A DNA stretch of 63,950 bases, the filler included, from Basidiobolus ranarum (lineage: Eukaryota), in the NCBI GenBank assembly GCA_040143965.1. It is 9 parts of 9 records of this genome, joined end to end, with 100 filler letters (N's around TTAATTAATTAA, not from the genome) between each part and the next. Parts side by side here need not be neighbours in the genome. Positions count along the whole stretch, not along the records: positions 1 to 7,044 come from JASJQH010008064.1; positions 7,145 to 14,185 come from JASJQH010008065.1; 7 more parts are not named here. One strand, written 5' to 3'. This document shows positions 1 through 12,076 of the stretch, one piece after another. How positions within the stretch are numbered: the first letter of the stretch is position 1; every line of letters starts with the position of its first letter. Position numbers and translations under genes: made by a program. A model generated the notes under the pieces. That model was given only the letters and a program-made list of their open reading frames with translations, did not search any database and had not been told where the DNA came from.

Positions 1-3000
1 CTACCCGAACAAGGCAATCTGCAAACTAGACTCTTAGAAATGAATCTGATGCAAGCACCCCAAGTTGCCGACGCTATTCTCGGTAATGAAATGTTCACCC
101 ATTACGATCGCCCCGCTATCGCAACTCTCTGCGAGAAGGCTGGTTTATATCAACGTGCTCTTGAACATTACACGGAAATACAGGACATCAAGCGCGTGAT
201 CAATCATACTCATTTGCTCAATGCCGAATGGGTCATCAATTATTTTGGTACCCTCTCTGTAGAGCAATCTCTTGAATGCATCAAAGAGATGCTTACTCAA
301 AATATCCGCCAAAATCTTCAGATCTGCGTTCAAATCGCTTCTAAATATTCCGAGCAATTAGGGCCACAAAATTTGATTTCTATATTCGAGGACTTCAACA
401 GCTTCGAGGGATTATACTACTACTTGGGCTCAGTTGTCAATTTCAGTCAGGATTCTGATGTTCATTTCAAGTACATCGAAGCTGCCTGCCGATCTGGCCA
501 ATTGAAAGAGGTCGAGAGAATCTGCCGTGATAGTAATTATTATGATCCTGAGAAGGTTAAGAACTTCCTCAAAGAAGCTAAGCTTCCTGACCAATTGCCT
601 CTTATCATCGTTTGCGATCGCTTTGACTTCGTTCACGATCTTATACTCTACTTGTACCATAACAACATGTACAAATTCATTGAGGTATATGTTCAGAGTG
701 TCAATTCAATGCGCACCCCAGTTGTTATTGGTGCTTTGCTTGACGTTGGATGTGAGGAATCTGTTATCAAGGATCTTCTCATGTCTGTAACCGGATCCAT
801 CTCCATTGAAGAGCTTACTGAAGAATGTGAAAGCCGTGATAGACTTAAGTTATTGCTTCCTTATCTTGAAGGAAAAGTCAAGGAGGGAAGTCAAGAACCT
901 GGTGTTTTCAATGCTTTGGCTAAGATTTATATCGATAGCAACCACAATCCTGAACAATTCTTGAGAGAGAACCAATTCTACGATCCCTTACTTGTCGGTA
1001 AATATTGCGAGAAACGTGATCCTTATCTCGCTTATATTGCCTATGAGCATGGTCAATGTGACCTGGAGCTTGTTGGTATTACTAATGAGAACGACATGTT
1101 CAAACATCAAGCACGTTACTTGGTTAAGCGTCGTGATTTAGAGTTATGGGAATATGTTTTGAATGTCGATAATCCTCACAAGAGAGCTTTGGTCGACCAA
1201 GTGGTTGGTACTGCATTGTCTGAATCTCAAGATCCTGAGGAAGTATCCGTCACCGTCAAGGCTTTCATGGCCGCTGATCTTCCTAATGAGTTGATTGAAC
1301 TTCTTGAAAAGATCATTTTGGAGAATTCAGCCTTCAGTGACAACAAGAACTTGCAAAACTTGCTTATTCTTACTGCTGTCAAGGCTGACAAGACTAAGGT
1401 AATGGATTACATTACTCGTTTGAACAACTATGATGCTCCAGATATTGCCGAGATCGCTATTAGCAACGAATTGTACGAAGAAGCATTTACCATCTACAAG
1501 AAATACGAAGTCAACACTAGTGCAATCGGCGTGTTGTTGGATAACATTGGTAGCATCGATCGTGCTTATGAATATGCCGAGCGTTGTGACCAAGCTGAGG
1601 TGTGGTCCAAGTTAGCCAAGGCACAACTCGATGTCTTCCGTGTCAAAGATTCTATCGATTCTTATATCCGGGCTCAAGATCCTACTAATTTCATGGAAGT
1701 TATCAATGTCGACTCAGAAGCCGACAAATATGACGATTTAGTGAAATTCTTGCAAATGGCTCGTAAGCACACCAGAGAACCTCTTATTGAAAGTGAACTT
1801 CTCTTTGCTTTTGCCAAGACCGAGAGATTGGCTGACTTGGAGGAACTCCTCTCCTCCCCTAATATCGCCAAGGTCCAAGTAATTGGTGACCGTTGCTTTG
1901 ACACTGGTATGTATGAGGCTGCCAAGGTCCTTTACACTAATGTCTCCAACTGGGGCCGTCTGGCTACCACACTCGTCCACCTCGGTGAATATCAATCTTC
2001 TGTTGAGTGCGCTCGCAAGGCTAACAGCACCAAGGTCTGGAAAGAAGTTCATGGTGCATGTATCGAACACAAAGAGTTCCGTCTTGCTCAGATTTGTGGT
2101 TTGAACCTTGTTGTCCATGCTGAAGAATTGAACGAAATCATTCGTTTGTATGAAAACCGAGGATTCATTGATGAGTTAATGCAACTCCTTGAAGCTGCTC
2201 TCGGCCTTGAAAGAGCTCATATGGGTATGTTCACCGAGTTAGCTTGTATTTATGCCAAATATAAGCCAGAGGTGATGATGGAGCACTTGAAACTTTTCTG
2301 GTCCAGAATCAATATTCCAAAGGTTATTAGAGCTTGCGAGCAAGCACATATGTGGCCCGAGTTGGTCTTCTTGTATGTTCATTATGATGAATATGACAAT
2401 GCTGCCCATACCATGATGAAGCACTCTGCAGATGCTTGGGAACATGCCAGTTTCAAGGATATCATTGTTAAGGTTACCAACCTTGAGATCTATTACAAAG
2501 CCCTTCGCTTCTATTTGGACGAACACCCATTACTTTTGAATGACTTACTTAGTGCCTTAAGCCCTAGAATTGATCATACTCGCGTGGTTCAAATGTTCCG
2601 TAAATCTGACAACTTACCCTTGATTAGATCTTATCTGGTATCAGTACAGGAAACCAACACTCAGGCTGTCAATGAGGCTTATCATGAGCTTCTTATTGAA
2701 GAGGAGGACTACGAAGCTCTTAGACATTCAATCGATCAACATTCCAACTTTGACAACATTGAGTTGGCTCAAAAGTTAGAGAAGCATGAGCTCTTAGAAT
2801 TCCGTAGAATTGCTGCCCATTTGTATAAGGCCAACAAGAAATGGAAGCAATCTATTTCCCTCTCTAAGGTGGATAAATTATATCGGGATACTATGGAAAC
2901 CGCATACGAATCCAAGGATACTGAAACATCCGAAGATCTTTTACGTTACTTTGTTGACATTGGTAAACAAGAATGCTTCGCTGCTTGCTTGTATCTCTGC

Positions 3001-3315
3001 TACGATTTGCTCCGCCCCGATGTTGTCATGGAGTTGGCTTGGAGAGCTGGTTGGCAAGATTTTGCTATGCCATACTATATCCAAGTTGTCCGAGAACTTT
3101 CTACCAAGGTTGATACTCTTGAGAGACATAATCGTGAAAGATTAGAGAGAGAAGCTAATGAAAAGAAACAAGCTATGGACGCTCCTATGATTAATCCAGG
3201 TGGTTTTGGTAACTCACTCATGATCACAGCAGGACCTGGAGGTATGATGGCACCTCAAGGTGGCATGGGTATGGGAACACCACAAATGGGTGGTTACAAC
3301 AGTATGCCATATTAA
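1..3315 (+). CDS. CHC1: Clathrin heavy chain, C-terminal ~1100 aa (5'-partial, contig edge)
   Basis: Frame is open from base 1 ([29 protein letters not shown]...). It carries CHCR repeat sequences ([41 protein letters not shown]) and a G/M/P-rich tail. Confidence 0.98.
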   Translation, partial: LPEQGNLQTRLLEMNLMQAPQVADAILGNEMFTHYDRPAIATLCEKAGLYQRALEHYTEIQDIKRVINHTHLLNAEWVINYFGTLSVEQSLECIKEMLTQNIRQNLQICVQIASKYSEQLGPQNLISIFEDFNSFEGLYYYLGSVVNFSQDSDVHFKYIEAACRSGQLKEVERICRDSNYYDPEKVKNFLKEAKLPDQLPLIIVCDRFDFVHDLILYLYHNNMYKFIEVYVQSVNSMRTPVVIGALLDVGCEESVIKDLLMSVTGSISIEELTEECESRDRLKLLLPYLEGKVKEGSQEPGVFNALAKIYIDSNHNPEQFLRENQFYDPLLVGKYCEKRDPYLAYIAYEHGQCDLELVGITNENDMFKHQARYLVKRRDLELWEYVLNVDNPHKRALVDQVVGTALSESQDPEEVSVTVKAFMAADLPNELIELLEKIILENSAFSDNKNLQNLLILTAVKADKTKVMDYITRLNNYDAPDIAEIAISNELYEEAFTIYKKYEVNTSAIGVLLDNIGSIDRAYEYAERCDQAEVWSKLAKAQLDVFRVKDSIDSYIRAQDPTNFMEVINVDSEADKYDDLVKFLQMARKHTREPLIESELLFAFAKTERLADLEELLSSPNIAKVQVIGDRCFDTGMYEAAKVLYTNVSNWGRLATTLVHLGEYQSSVECARKANSTKVWKEVHGACIEHKEFRLAQICGLNLVVHAEELNEIIRLYENRGFIDELMQLLEAALGLERAHMGMFTELACIYAKYKPEVMMEHLKLFWSRINIPKVIRACEQAHMWPELVFLYVHYDEYDNAAHTMMKHSADAWEHASFKDIIVKVTNLEIYYKALRFYLDEHPLLLNDLLSALSPRIDHTRVVQMFRKSDNLPLIRSYLVSVQETNTQAVNEAYHELLIEEEDYEALRHSIDQHSNFDNIELAQKLEKHELLEFRRIAAHLYKANKKWKQSISLSKVDKLYRDTMETAYESKDTETSEDLLRYFVDIGKQECFAACLYLCYDLLRPDVVMELAWRAGWQDFAMPYYIQVVRELSTKVDTLERHNRERLEREANEKKQAMDAPMINPGGFGNSLMITAGPGGMMAPQGGMGMGTPQMGGYNSMPY

Positions 3316-4332
3316 ATCAACACTGATTTCGAATGAAAATAATTTTCAACATATAAATATATTAATAAATACACGATAAGCATATTTATTCAGAAACGAA
3401 AATCAAACAATATCTTTTGCTTCACGAAGAATATAAGTAACACTGATATCTTGGTAACAATGGAAAGTGGGAAGATTCTAGAGATTGGTACATCTACTTT
3501 GCCTCAGTCGTCAGTAAATTCAAAAGCTTAAACGATAGTTAGAACCTCTTTCGGTTCGAATGGATGTACAATTAGTCATTGAAGTGTTCTTGTTTGAGTA
3601 GGAAACTCACACAGATCCATCTAGAATACTGGTTTCTTGGCGTAGCTCCCTACTAATAGAATTATCATTCTTTACATCATGTAGAATGACATATTTGTCA
3701 AGTGGCATATTTCCAATTCACATGTGTACGTATATAGCATGGCCTGGCCTCCGCATCTACCCCCGTCAGCATATATATAGTAAAGTGTATGAATCATTTA
3801 AATTCGTTCAAGGGTGATGGAGATTTAGGAATAGAACCTTGCTACATTACTTCCATAATTCGTATTGTATTAGTAGAAACAAGGGATAGATCTACAGTAA
3901 CTATTCGGGCAGTTCTTGACAAATCAATCGTAATTTTGGAATTCTTACCCGCAGTTTGTGATTGAAATAAAACTCTGGAATTGGTATAATTGAAGGAATC
4001 TAATATTTATATACACGTGAAATACTAGTCAATCGGTATATTATTCCCGCTTTAGATCTCATAGTTTCACTTGAATTTGTGCTCCTTTAAACCCTTCCTA
4101 TGGAGCGTTCATCAATGGATATCGAAATTTGTATTCAACAGCAATGGCAAACTTGAAATGCCGACACCTTGCCTAGCTTCAATCAATAGTCGGAAGGTTG
4201 CTAGGGTCTCACTCCTCCCAATACACTCATGAAATGAAGAAATTTATAATAAACATGATTTTAATCGGAATTGTGATTATAATGTACAGTGAGTATATAT
4301 ACAGTCTAGATATGTGCAATTAGATGGTGTCT

Positions 4333-4602
4333 TTAGATGGCGATGCTTGGTGTTAAGTTTACACGGATAGTTTGTTGAGTACTTAGAAGTTCTTCAAAGT
4401 TAGGTAGCAAGGTTTTATCTTCAATGATACCCATAGGATTGCATTTGAAATCCATCCGATCGTCAGCGTCATATTCCGATGATTTGAAGTTTAAATTGAA
4501 GCAATTGGAAAAGAAGGTGGAAGATGTTGCAAAGATTGTAGACTTCTCCATTTCTCGATATTCGCCAGATAGTTTGCGTTTTAGATGCTTTAAAGAGGGC
4601 AT
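4333..4602 (-). CDS. Small hypothetical protein (89 aa) with C-terminal PxFEELL-x4-TIRVNLTP motif
   Basis: ATG at 4602 (MPSLKHLKRKLS...), TATAAATA on the minus strand at 4639-4646. The C-terminus aligns without gaps to ORF 5713-5988. Confidence 0.7.
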   Translation of the reverse strand: MPSLKHLKRKLSGEYREMEKSTIFATSSTFFSNCFNLNFKSSEYDADDRMDFKCNPMGIIEDKTLLPNFEELLSTQQTIRVNLTPSIAI

Positions 4603-4730
4603 GCTCAAGGTTTGGATGATCACTGGGATGTGAGCAGCTATTTATACTTTTGTCGATCATGCGCGTCACATTTTAAAATGGGATCCAATGACATGATACA
4701 TGACCAGAAAAGTAATATCTTATGAATCAT

Positions 4731-4807
4731 ATATTGGTTGAATATGGATGAGAATGGTTGAATATGGATGAGAATGGTTGAATATGGTTGAGAATGGTTG
4801 AAAATGG
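4731..4807. repeat. 10/20-bp tandem repeat (AATATGGATG-AGAATGGTTG)n upstream of the small gene
   Basis: About 7.5 ten-mer units alternating AATATGG(A/T)TG and AGAATGGTTG. Confidence 0.9.
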
Positions 4808-5712
4808 CTACTAACGGATATACAGTCCAAATGAAGAGTGGTCAAGTCATGCTCAGCAAAGGTCGAGACGGGAAAACTCCGACCTAATATTCAGACTAAC
4901 AATAGATAGACAAGGAAAGTTACCAGACTATTCTGAGGCTGCTGTGTAACTTGCTGGGTAAATCTTACAGAAATCAACCCGTGATCGATGAGTCGTTTCC
5001 AATGGATAGTAAGACATCTAATTGCCAATAAGCAATCGAACAAGACTAGATTATCGACAGAGCCGACATAGCAGACCTCCCACTGATCAGTCACATGGTT
5101 GAAACAGCTTGCAAGGTTGTCCGCAGCTTGTAGGAATATTGAGCAGATTTAGCTTGTAAGAATATCAAGTTTACTTGCAGAGAGCATTGACTGAATATCA
5201 ACAAGCATTGAGATCAACCCATGCCTCACATGTCGTATGTAAACTCATTGTCTCACTTCCTGTATGTGGTAGTCTAGGGCGCGTACACGCTTCGGATACT
5301 TGACTGATACGATGCTCCAATATCCGACAAAGTGTTCGTCTCCAAAAGTATATCTCAAGGCATCAGTCCGGATAAACCTAGTAGGTTAGAAGTCAGCAAT
5401 ATGGTTACCATGGATTTTATTGGGAGGCTTCCCAAACAAAAGTGGAACTGATATATTCAACTTCCAACGCCAGCAGTTCACTAGCCCTTTAACTATTGGT
5501 CTGTAACGGAGCAAGGATGCTAATTACTACAGACACTGGCTTTGGAGATGCTGACAAATAGCCACGAACCAATCATGTACTTGCTATTATTAAAGTGACT
5601 ACATTCAGTTTATTAAGATATACTATACATAGGACAAGTGAGTTAATTTACAATACGCAAATGCTATAACGCAGGTTAGACCAAAAAAGTGGATAAAATG
5701 GACTTCAAATGG

Positions 5713-5988
5713 CTATTGTGCCACAGTAGGAGTCAGCGACATGCGAAATGTTTTATCGTTATCAAGCATGTCATCGAATTTTGGCATAACTTCGCATTTT
5801 TGGCGATGTACTTTATAAGGAGACTTGTGGATACGAATTATATCCCCTTCGACTCCAGTATTTCGACGTAGAGAAGAGCAAAGTCCCAAACTATTGGCCA
5901 GATTACTGACTTGTTCTCTTCTGCTGACAGTTTCATCACGGAATGAGCATATATTTCGTATTGCTTTTATTGGAAGAAGTTTGATCAT
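5713..5988 (-). CDS. Small hypothetical protein (91 aa) with C-terminal PxFDDML-x4-TFRMSLTP motif; paralog of 4333-4602
   Basis: ATG start, TATATAAAG on the minus strand at 6021-6029, and the shared C-terminal motif at the same distance from the stop. Confidence 0.7.
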   Translation of the reverse strand: MIKLLPIKAIRNICSFRDETVSRREQVSNLANSLGLCSSLRRNTGVEGDIIRIHKSPYKVHRQKCEVMPKFDDMLDNDKTFRMSLTPTVAQ

Positions 5989-6933
5989 GAAGTGCGATAT
6001 ATCGTTGCGTATTGGATGCTCTTTATATACATTTCTGAGATTAGAAAATACCCACTGAGTAGGTTACACACCTAGCAAGTATTCGACAACTACTAACCAG
6101 ATGTCTCAACGCCATGACTGTTCTTTACGTAGAAGATTTACACTACACTTAATACAAATAAAGGGAAGCAAATGCTCGTCTAGAGATTACTTGATTAGTC
6201 ATGAGTGGCATCATCGATGAGAGCAGTGCAACAAAACATAACACAAGAGAGCCTTTACCCAATCAGCCTAGCCTCTAGCCTGGCAGCTGACAGCTCCCGG
6301 TACTTGATATAGTGTCTGTAGGTAACTCACGGATACTTGGCAGATCTCACCGTGTATTAGGTTTCAGTAGTCACGGGTTTGAATTGAGGTTAAGGCCACC
6401 CTAGAAGCCCTCCAGACCCTAGAAATACGTTAACTCTTGCCATCTTAAGGAAAAGTGTTTCGCATTGATAAGACTAGGGTTAGGGTTATCCTTATCTTTC
6501 ATGACTAATATGGGGGTGGCTGAGTCTGCATCCATGACCCACTAGTACCAGTACCTGGGATTCATTTGGAATAAGTGTATGTAGCAATATGCAAGCGTTC
6601 GATCATCCAATGAATGGATTAAAAGGATCATCGATCAGTCTATATACGATCTGCTCTTTGTACTGTTCGGAATCTGGACTTAGCATATTTGTTTACTTTC
6701 AATGAAATTCGAGAGATTGGAATCCAACAGCTATTATTATCAGCCAGTAGTTACTGTTGCCGTTAATAACTTTCACTGACAAAGATTGAGTAATGTTAGC
6801 TCACAAGTCGAGTTAACTGTACATTCATTGTTTCTATTTCCGAGCTGGGATTTAATATTGATGAAATGAACATTGTGCTTGTCAACTATTGATTAGACGC
6901 TGTTATTGACAGTTGATATAAAGATATGAAAAT

Positions 6934-7044
6934 GCTTTGGAGATATCACTATGAACAGCGGAAGACCCTCTTTTAGCTTTGGAGATATCACTATGAACAG
7001 CGGAAGACCCTCTTTTAGCTTTGGAGATATCACTATGAACAGCG
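6934..7044. repeat. Perfect 42-bp tandem repeat (2.6 copies) running off the contig end
   Basis: Unit GCTTTGGAGATATCACTATGAACAGCGGAAGACCCTCTTTTA starts at 6934, 6976 and 7018. Confidence 0.95.
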
Positions 7045-7144
7045 NNNNNNNNNNNNNNNNNNNNNNNNNNNNNNNNNNNNNNNNNNNNTTAATTAATTAA
7101 NNNNNNNNNNNNNNNNNNNNNNNNNNNNNNNNNNNNNNNNNNNN
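7045..7144. other. Artificial contig linker (N44-TTAATTAATTAA-N44). Identical linkers at 14186-14285, 21323-21422, 28449-28548, 35561-35660, 42664-42763, 49765-49864 and 56862-56961
   Basis: Identical 100-bp spacer with a six-frame stop cassette; segment lengths decrease monotonically. Confidence 0.98.
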
Positions 7145-7323
7145 TTCCTCTCGGAGTACTGCCTAATCCAAGTAATCATGAGTTGTAAGTTTTAGGCTAA
7201 CTAGTTCGGCAACTCCAATTTGGTTACTGTTGGCACATTAGAAATTGAATAATCTTCTTTGAGTAAACAGACCGGAGAAACACTGGATAAGATACCAACA
7301 TTACCACACACTCTACATATATA

Positions 7324-8080
7324 CAGTTGGGGTTAGTAATGTTTCATCCAAAACTTTCAAAAGAAAAAACCACGATGAACACTCACTTTTCATGTTCAAC
7401 TTATTCATAAATAACATGGACTAACTTCCTAGCATTTTTTGTACAAGTTGTACATGTTTACTTTTAGAAATTAAAAAAATCTTATAATTCAATACTTTGT
7501 TGCATCACACTTGGCGTCTATGACTGTCTGACACCTTTTCCCCATACTTGCCACTAATCCCGAAGCAAACTCGATCGTCATTTTTCCCCAAACTTTGGTT
7601 ATAGCTTTCTTCAAGCTTTCAGTATCTTTAATAGTAGCCTTTAGGCTACGCAACTCATGAGCCAGCTCACTCCAAATGTGCTCAATTGGATTCAGATTTG
7701 GGATAGCATCTCAATTGTCTGAAAAGAATATTTTCTGATTATGCGCTCCAAATGGCGCTTTGTATACTTGTCAAAGGTAGACGGTCGACCTGTGCTCTTT
7801 CCTGCCAAAGCGGTACCAGTTTCAGCTATTCTACCAATTGCACTTTGCACAGTTGTGCGCTTCATTTCAATCATGGTTGAAATGTCTAGCTGACTGATCC
7901 CAAGCTCAATTTCATTTTTTTTACTTCTTGTTCGGATCCTTTAGGATCTTGCAATCTTTTAATGGAAATCTCAACAGTTTTATTCATATTGTGACTTAAT
8001 AAAATAGCTTGAAGTAGAAGTAAAGAAGAGGAGAATTTGCTTAATTTTTGCAGTTGACGAATTATTATTAACCCCAACTG
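7324..8080 (-). mobile_element. Non-autonomous Tc1/mariner element (757 bp, internal deletion derivative)
   Basis: TIRs: CAGTTGGGGTTAGTAATGTTTCATCCA at 7324 and the reverse complement of CAGTTGGGGTTAATAATAATTCGTCAA ending at 8080. TA flanks both ends, and transposase remnants lie inside. Confidence 0.92.
7489..7987 (-). pseudogene. Tc1-family transposase remnant: N-terminal HTH region fused out of frame to the C-terminus, most of the DDE core deleted
   Basis: KRTTVQSAIGRIAETG...STGRP (paired HTH/GRP) is followed by PNLNPIEHIW...SMGKRCQTVIDAKCDATKY*, matching the Tc1 SPDLNPIExxW...TKY end. Stop and frameshifts present. Confidence 0.88.
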
Positions 8081-8659
8081 TATGTATATATATATATTCT
8101 ACCTCGTGTACTTGATCGTGACATTTATATATACTATTTATAGTAATGTATTCTACTTGAATAATAACATCTAGTTCCGTGCACAACTTGGTTTAATAAA
8201 CTATGAGCTAATAACAAATACAATGAATCCATTTTCAAATAGAATATACATTGGAATTAGAGTTAGAATTAACTCGTAAACTCTAACGGAACAGGCACAT
8301 CGAAATAGGGGATTATAGAAATAATCAATACATTGAAATTCATACAAGTGAAAGCGCAGAAAATTATCTTTATTCAAAAATGATGTTAACAAATTGAATG
8401 TTTTCATATACTTGGCCACACATAATGCAGACGAATAGCCATAAAGGTAATATCAATATTGTCCATTATAAACATAATTCAAAATATATTCTACTTTTGT
8501 GAACAAGTCGATTTATTCTGTTGGTGTTACTGGGTCAAAAATAACTAACAAATATGATGGGGCCAATTTCCACACAGAGCCGCCTTATCAAGAATAACTC
8601 GGCTTATTGGCAATAAATTGCTGCAAAAGAGTGGTTAGTATACTTTATAGTAATACCCG

Positions 8660-9598
8660 TCAATTACTGTCATTTCTAGGAAACCATAGAACATCGTCCA
8701 TAGGCGAAGGATAGGGCCTGATATACGAATATAAATTGGGATCATAATTAGCCCATAAACCAAGTAAACCATCTTCCAATGAAGCAGGCACGGCGAAAGA
8801 GGGAATTAAAGATTGTGATATATCGACGGTACAAGCTTCTTGGTCATTTGTGAGAATATCCATATAATTTACGGGATTCTCTATTAAGAACTTGTAATAC
8901 TCAATCTTTCTTCTCAAGGTCTCTACTTCACATGTAAGAGCCGTACAACTCAAGCAATCCACTGCTATATCTTTCGTGAACATTGCTTCACATTTTTCTT
9001 GAAATACTGGGTGTGAATTGTCACGTGGAGTAGAGGATAGTACTGATAAGAGCTTCGAAGATAGTAAGGTAGGCTTAATGTCTTGGCTTTCCCCTATAAT
9101 CGAGGCTGTTGTTCTCACTTTACAGTATGGGCCCGATATGCGTTGAATAAGATGCAGGGAATCTGGTTGATCTCGCTTGAAATATTGATGTGAATAGATT
9201 ATCGATGATGAAGCAACACCCTGCCGTGTCCTTCGTCGGTCAGAAACTCTCTCAAATCCGTAGATCTATTCAAGAGAATTGATTAATAATACATGGTTGA
9301 ATGTTTCTATCTCCAAAAATTTACATTGAGTTGACGAGTGAATGAAGCTAATTTACAAGTCTCGTAATATTGGGGAAGTACTTTGGAGGCAAATTCGACT
9401 GAATTCTTAATGATAAAGCTGGTGCCTGATCGTTCCCAAGCTATCATATGTGAATAATTTGGTTCAGAGAGGATTCTACAGAATGGCCAAAGTTAACAAA
9501 GACCAATTTCTATGAGAAAAGAGAAGATAAAGGAGATAGCGTTACTCTATAAGATTTAGCACAAAGGGAGGTCTGCGAATACTATGCCTGCCTAACAT
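8660..9598 (-). CDS. HSF-type DNA-binding domain protein (269 aa; exons 9546-9598, 9325-9475, 8660-9265)
   Basis: Spliced translation reads PPFVLNLIEILSEPNYSHMIAWERSGTSFIIKNSVEFASKVLPQYYETCKLASFTRQLNIYGFERV...YSHQYFKRDQP. GT-AG introns keep the frame; a short coiled coil follows. Confidence 0.9.
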
Positions 9599-11228
9599 TT
9601 TTGGAAGTAGTGATGGCTGTTTGTACCGACAGAAAAGAGAGTTTATGTTTGTGGCATCAGATAAGACCGCCGTTTTATACTCTCCTTTTGAACAAATGGA
9701 TTTTCTGAGCTCCTTTCTGCTGCTTTCCTTTCCACTGATCCATATGCTGAACTATTACGTTGTGTTAAATCATGTATTCATTTGTTGAACTATATCATAA
9801 ATTACATAGTGCAATATATCACAAATGAAGCTACAGCCACAACATCGGCTCCTGTTTTTATGTTCATCGCTATTATCATTATGGATCACTATAATTTCCA
9901 TGTCAGTTATAACGTATATTTTGTATATAATCTTTCTAATTGCCCACTGTGATAGATAACTGACTCCGCACCTTTAATAAGGTCAAATTAGAGTAAACTG
10001 CCAACTAGACAATTTTATTTTACTGTCGGGATTGGTCAGACTTAGAGTTAATATTGTGGCTGTTGCGTTGTTGTATTGTACTCAGTCGTTTACCCTTATG
10101 TCATGATTACACTTGGACCTTGAACCATGCGGGCCTATAAATCCAACATTAGTTTCATCATTTTTGGAGTTTCGTAAATCTAATGATCATTCACAAATAT
10201 GTTTTCCAAGCGAGAATAATAACAGGTTGAACTTTGATTCGGATACATGAGAGCTTGGAAGTGGAAACGGAGGATTCTTAGTGCCACGATTTCATTTCTG
10301 AACTTAACAAGATGTTGTGCAATTGATCAAGTATATGTTTGATATTTATTCAACTCTCGCAGTGAAGCCTCTCCCTCGAGAGTTATCCACAACAATTTTG
10401 CGCAGCAAGTCTGTTATCGGTATTGGCCTTGATTTAGCGAGTATATTACCATAATTATTTTGTACCATCATTCCTTTTAAGGCTCAGGACAAATTCTTTG
10501 ACAGTCAAGTTCTATTGATCTACCGCCCATGTAAAGCTGTGATTTGTTCATCGATCTTGATTTTGTGGAATAGCAGTCACCATTTAAAGCATTGTCTTGG
10601 TTTTTATCCAATAAGGTGACATGTATAACTTGACAATAATTGTGAAATCAGGTTTCAGGTATATCAGAAACATGATTGGTACATCTGAAGCTACTTTCTG
10701 ATTTGCTAACCATTTTGATAATACGTATTTTCTCTTCCTGTTTCACTGAGTACAGTATGCATCTAGACTAAGTTGGGTTACTAAAATGGCTGCTACATAT
10801 TGAAGATTAATGCAGAATCATAGTAGTCCTAATATGATATTATTTTCTCCAGAACATATTAGCTGTAGAAGAATACTATTTTTCAGGTGCTTTTGTCAAT
10901 GACCATTATACAAAGTACTTGTTCACCCATTTGTGAAGCTTTGACAGGAATTAGGAAATTCTTTTGGGACTCCAGAACCATTATTCAATATTAGAGACAA
11001 TGAAGAGATCTGCATTGGTTAGTCTGTATACATGACAATATGAGAAGTTTGTAACCTCTGGGTCACTTGATCTTATGTACACAGATTGATTTACTTTATT
11101 GGTGAACATACACTACATTAACAAATACAATGAAGACATCTACAAATAGAGCCTCTTATCAATGGTGCCTTGACTAATCTGTGCTGAATTGGCACGAAGC
11201 AGAGGTATACACATGACAATAATATCTA

Positions 11229-12076
11229 TTAATTACTGCCATTGAGCATTCTCTATAGGTGAAGGATATGGGCAGATATAAGAATATACATTGGGATCAG
11301 AATTAGCCCATAAACTCAGTGCAGTGGATCATTCGAGGAAATATTAACATAATTTGCTGGATTCACTATTAAGGACTTGTAATATTCAATCATCTTTCTC
11401 AAAGTGACCACTTCACCTCTAAGGACCGTACAACTCGAACATTTAACTACTTTGTCTTTCGTGCATACTGATTCACATTCTTCTGGAGATATCGAGTGTA
11501 AACAGACGCGTGGAGCGGAGGATGACCCCGGTGAGAGTGGCGAAGGTAGGAAGGTAGACTTGACGTCTCGGCTTCTTCCTAGAATCGAGGATTTGGCTCT
11601 CACTTTCGAGTATGGACCCAATAGGCGTTGAATAAGATGAAGAGAGTTTGGTTGATCTCGCTTGAAATATTGATGAGAATAGATTATCGATGATGTAACA
11701 CCACTCTGCTTTGTTCTACGCCGGTCAGAAGCTCTGACAAATCCGTAGATCTATTCAAGAGAATTGATTAATAATATATGGTTGAATGTTTCTATCTCCA
11801 AAGACTTACATTGAGTTGACGAGTGAACGAGGCTAATTTACTAGTCTCGTAATATTGGGGAAGCACTTTGGAGGCAAATTCGATTCAATCCTTAATAATG
11901 AAGCTGATGCCAGACCATTCCCACGATATCATATGGGAATAATTTGGCTCGGAAAGAACTCTACATAATGGTTAATGTTAACAACTTCTATGGGAAAAGG
12001 AAAGGTGAAAGAAATAGCGTTACTTCACAAGATTTAGTTCAAAAGGAGATGAGCAAATACTGTATCTATCTGACAT
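11229..12076 (-). pseudogene. HSF-type paralog, pseudogene
   Basis: Same three-exon layout. In-frame TGA at 11885-11887 inside the DNA-binding domain (TCA in copy 1), plus 3' deletions and an early stop at 11316. Confidence 0.85.

Noticed and set aside
145-3145. Numerous alternative-frame and antisense ORFs inside clathrin (likewise inside ABCB, NmrA and the secreted genes)
   Set aside because: Shadow ORFs of codon-biased genes with no independent motifs.
6395-6490. CTAGGGTTAGGGTTA and ACCCTAG words resembling telomeric repeats
   Set aside because: Only two units, internal to the contig; too short to call a telomere or interstitial array.
6934-7044. CRISPR-like appearance of the 42-bp repeat
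   Set aside because: The units are contiguous with no unique spacers, the context is eukaryotic, and there are no cas genes.
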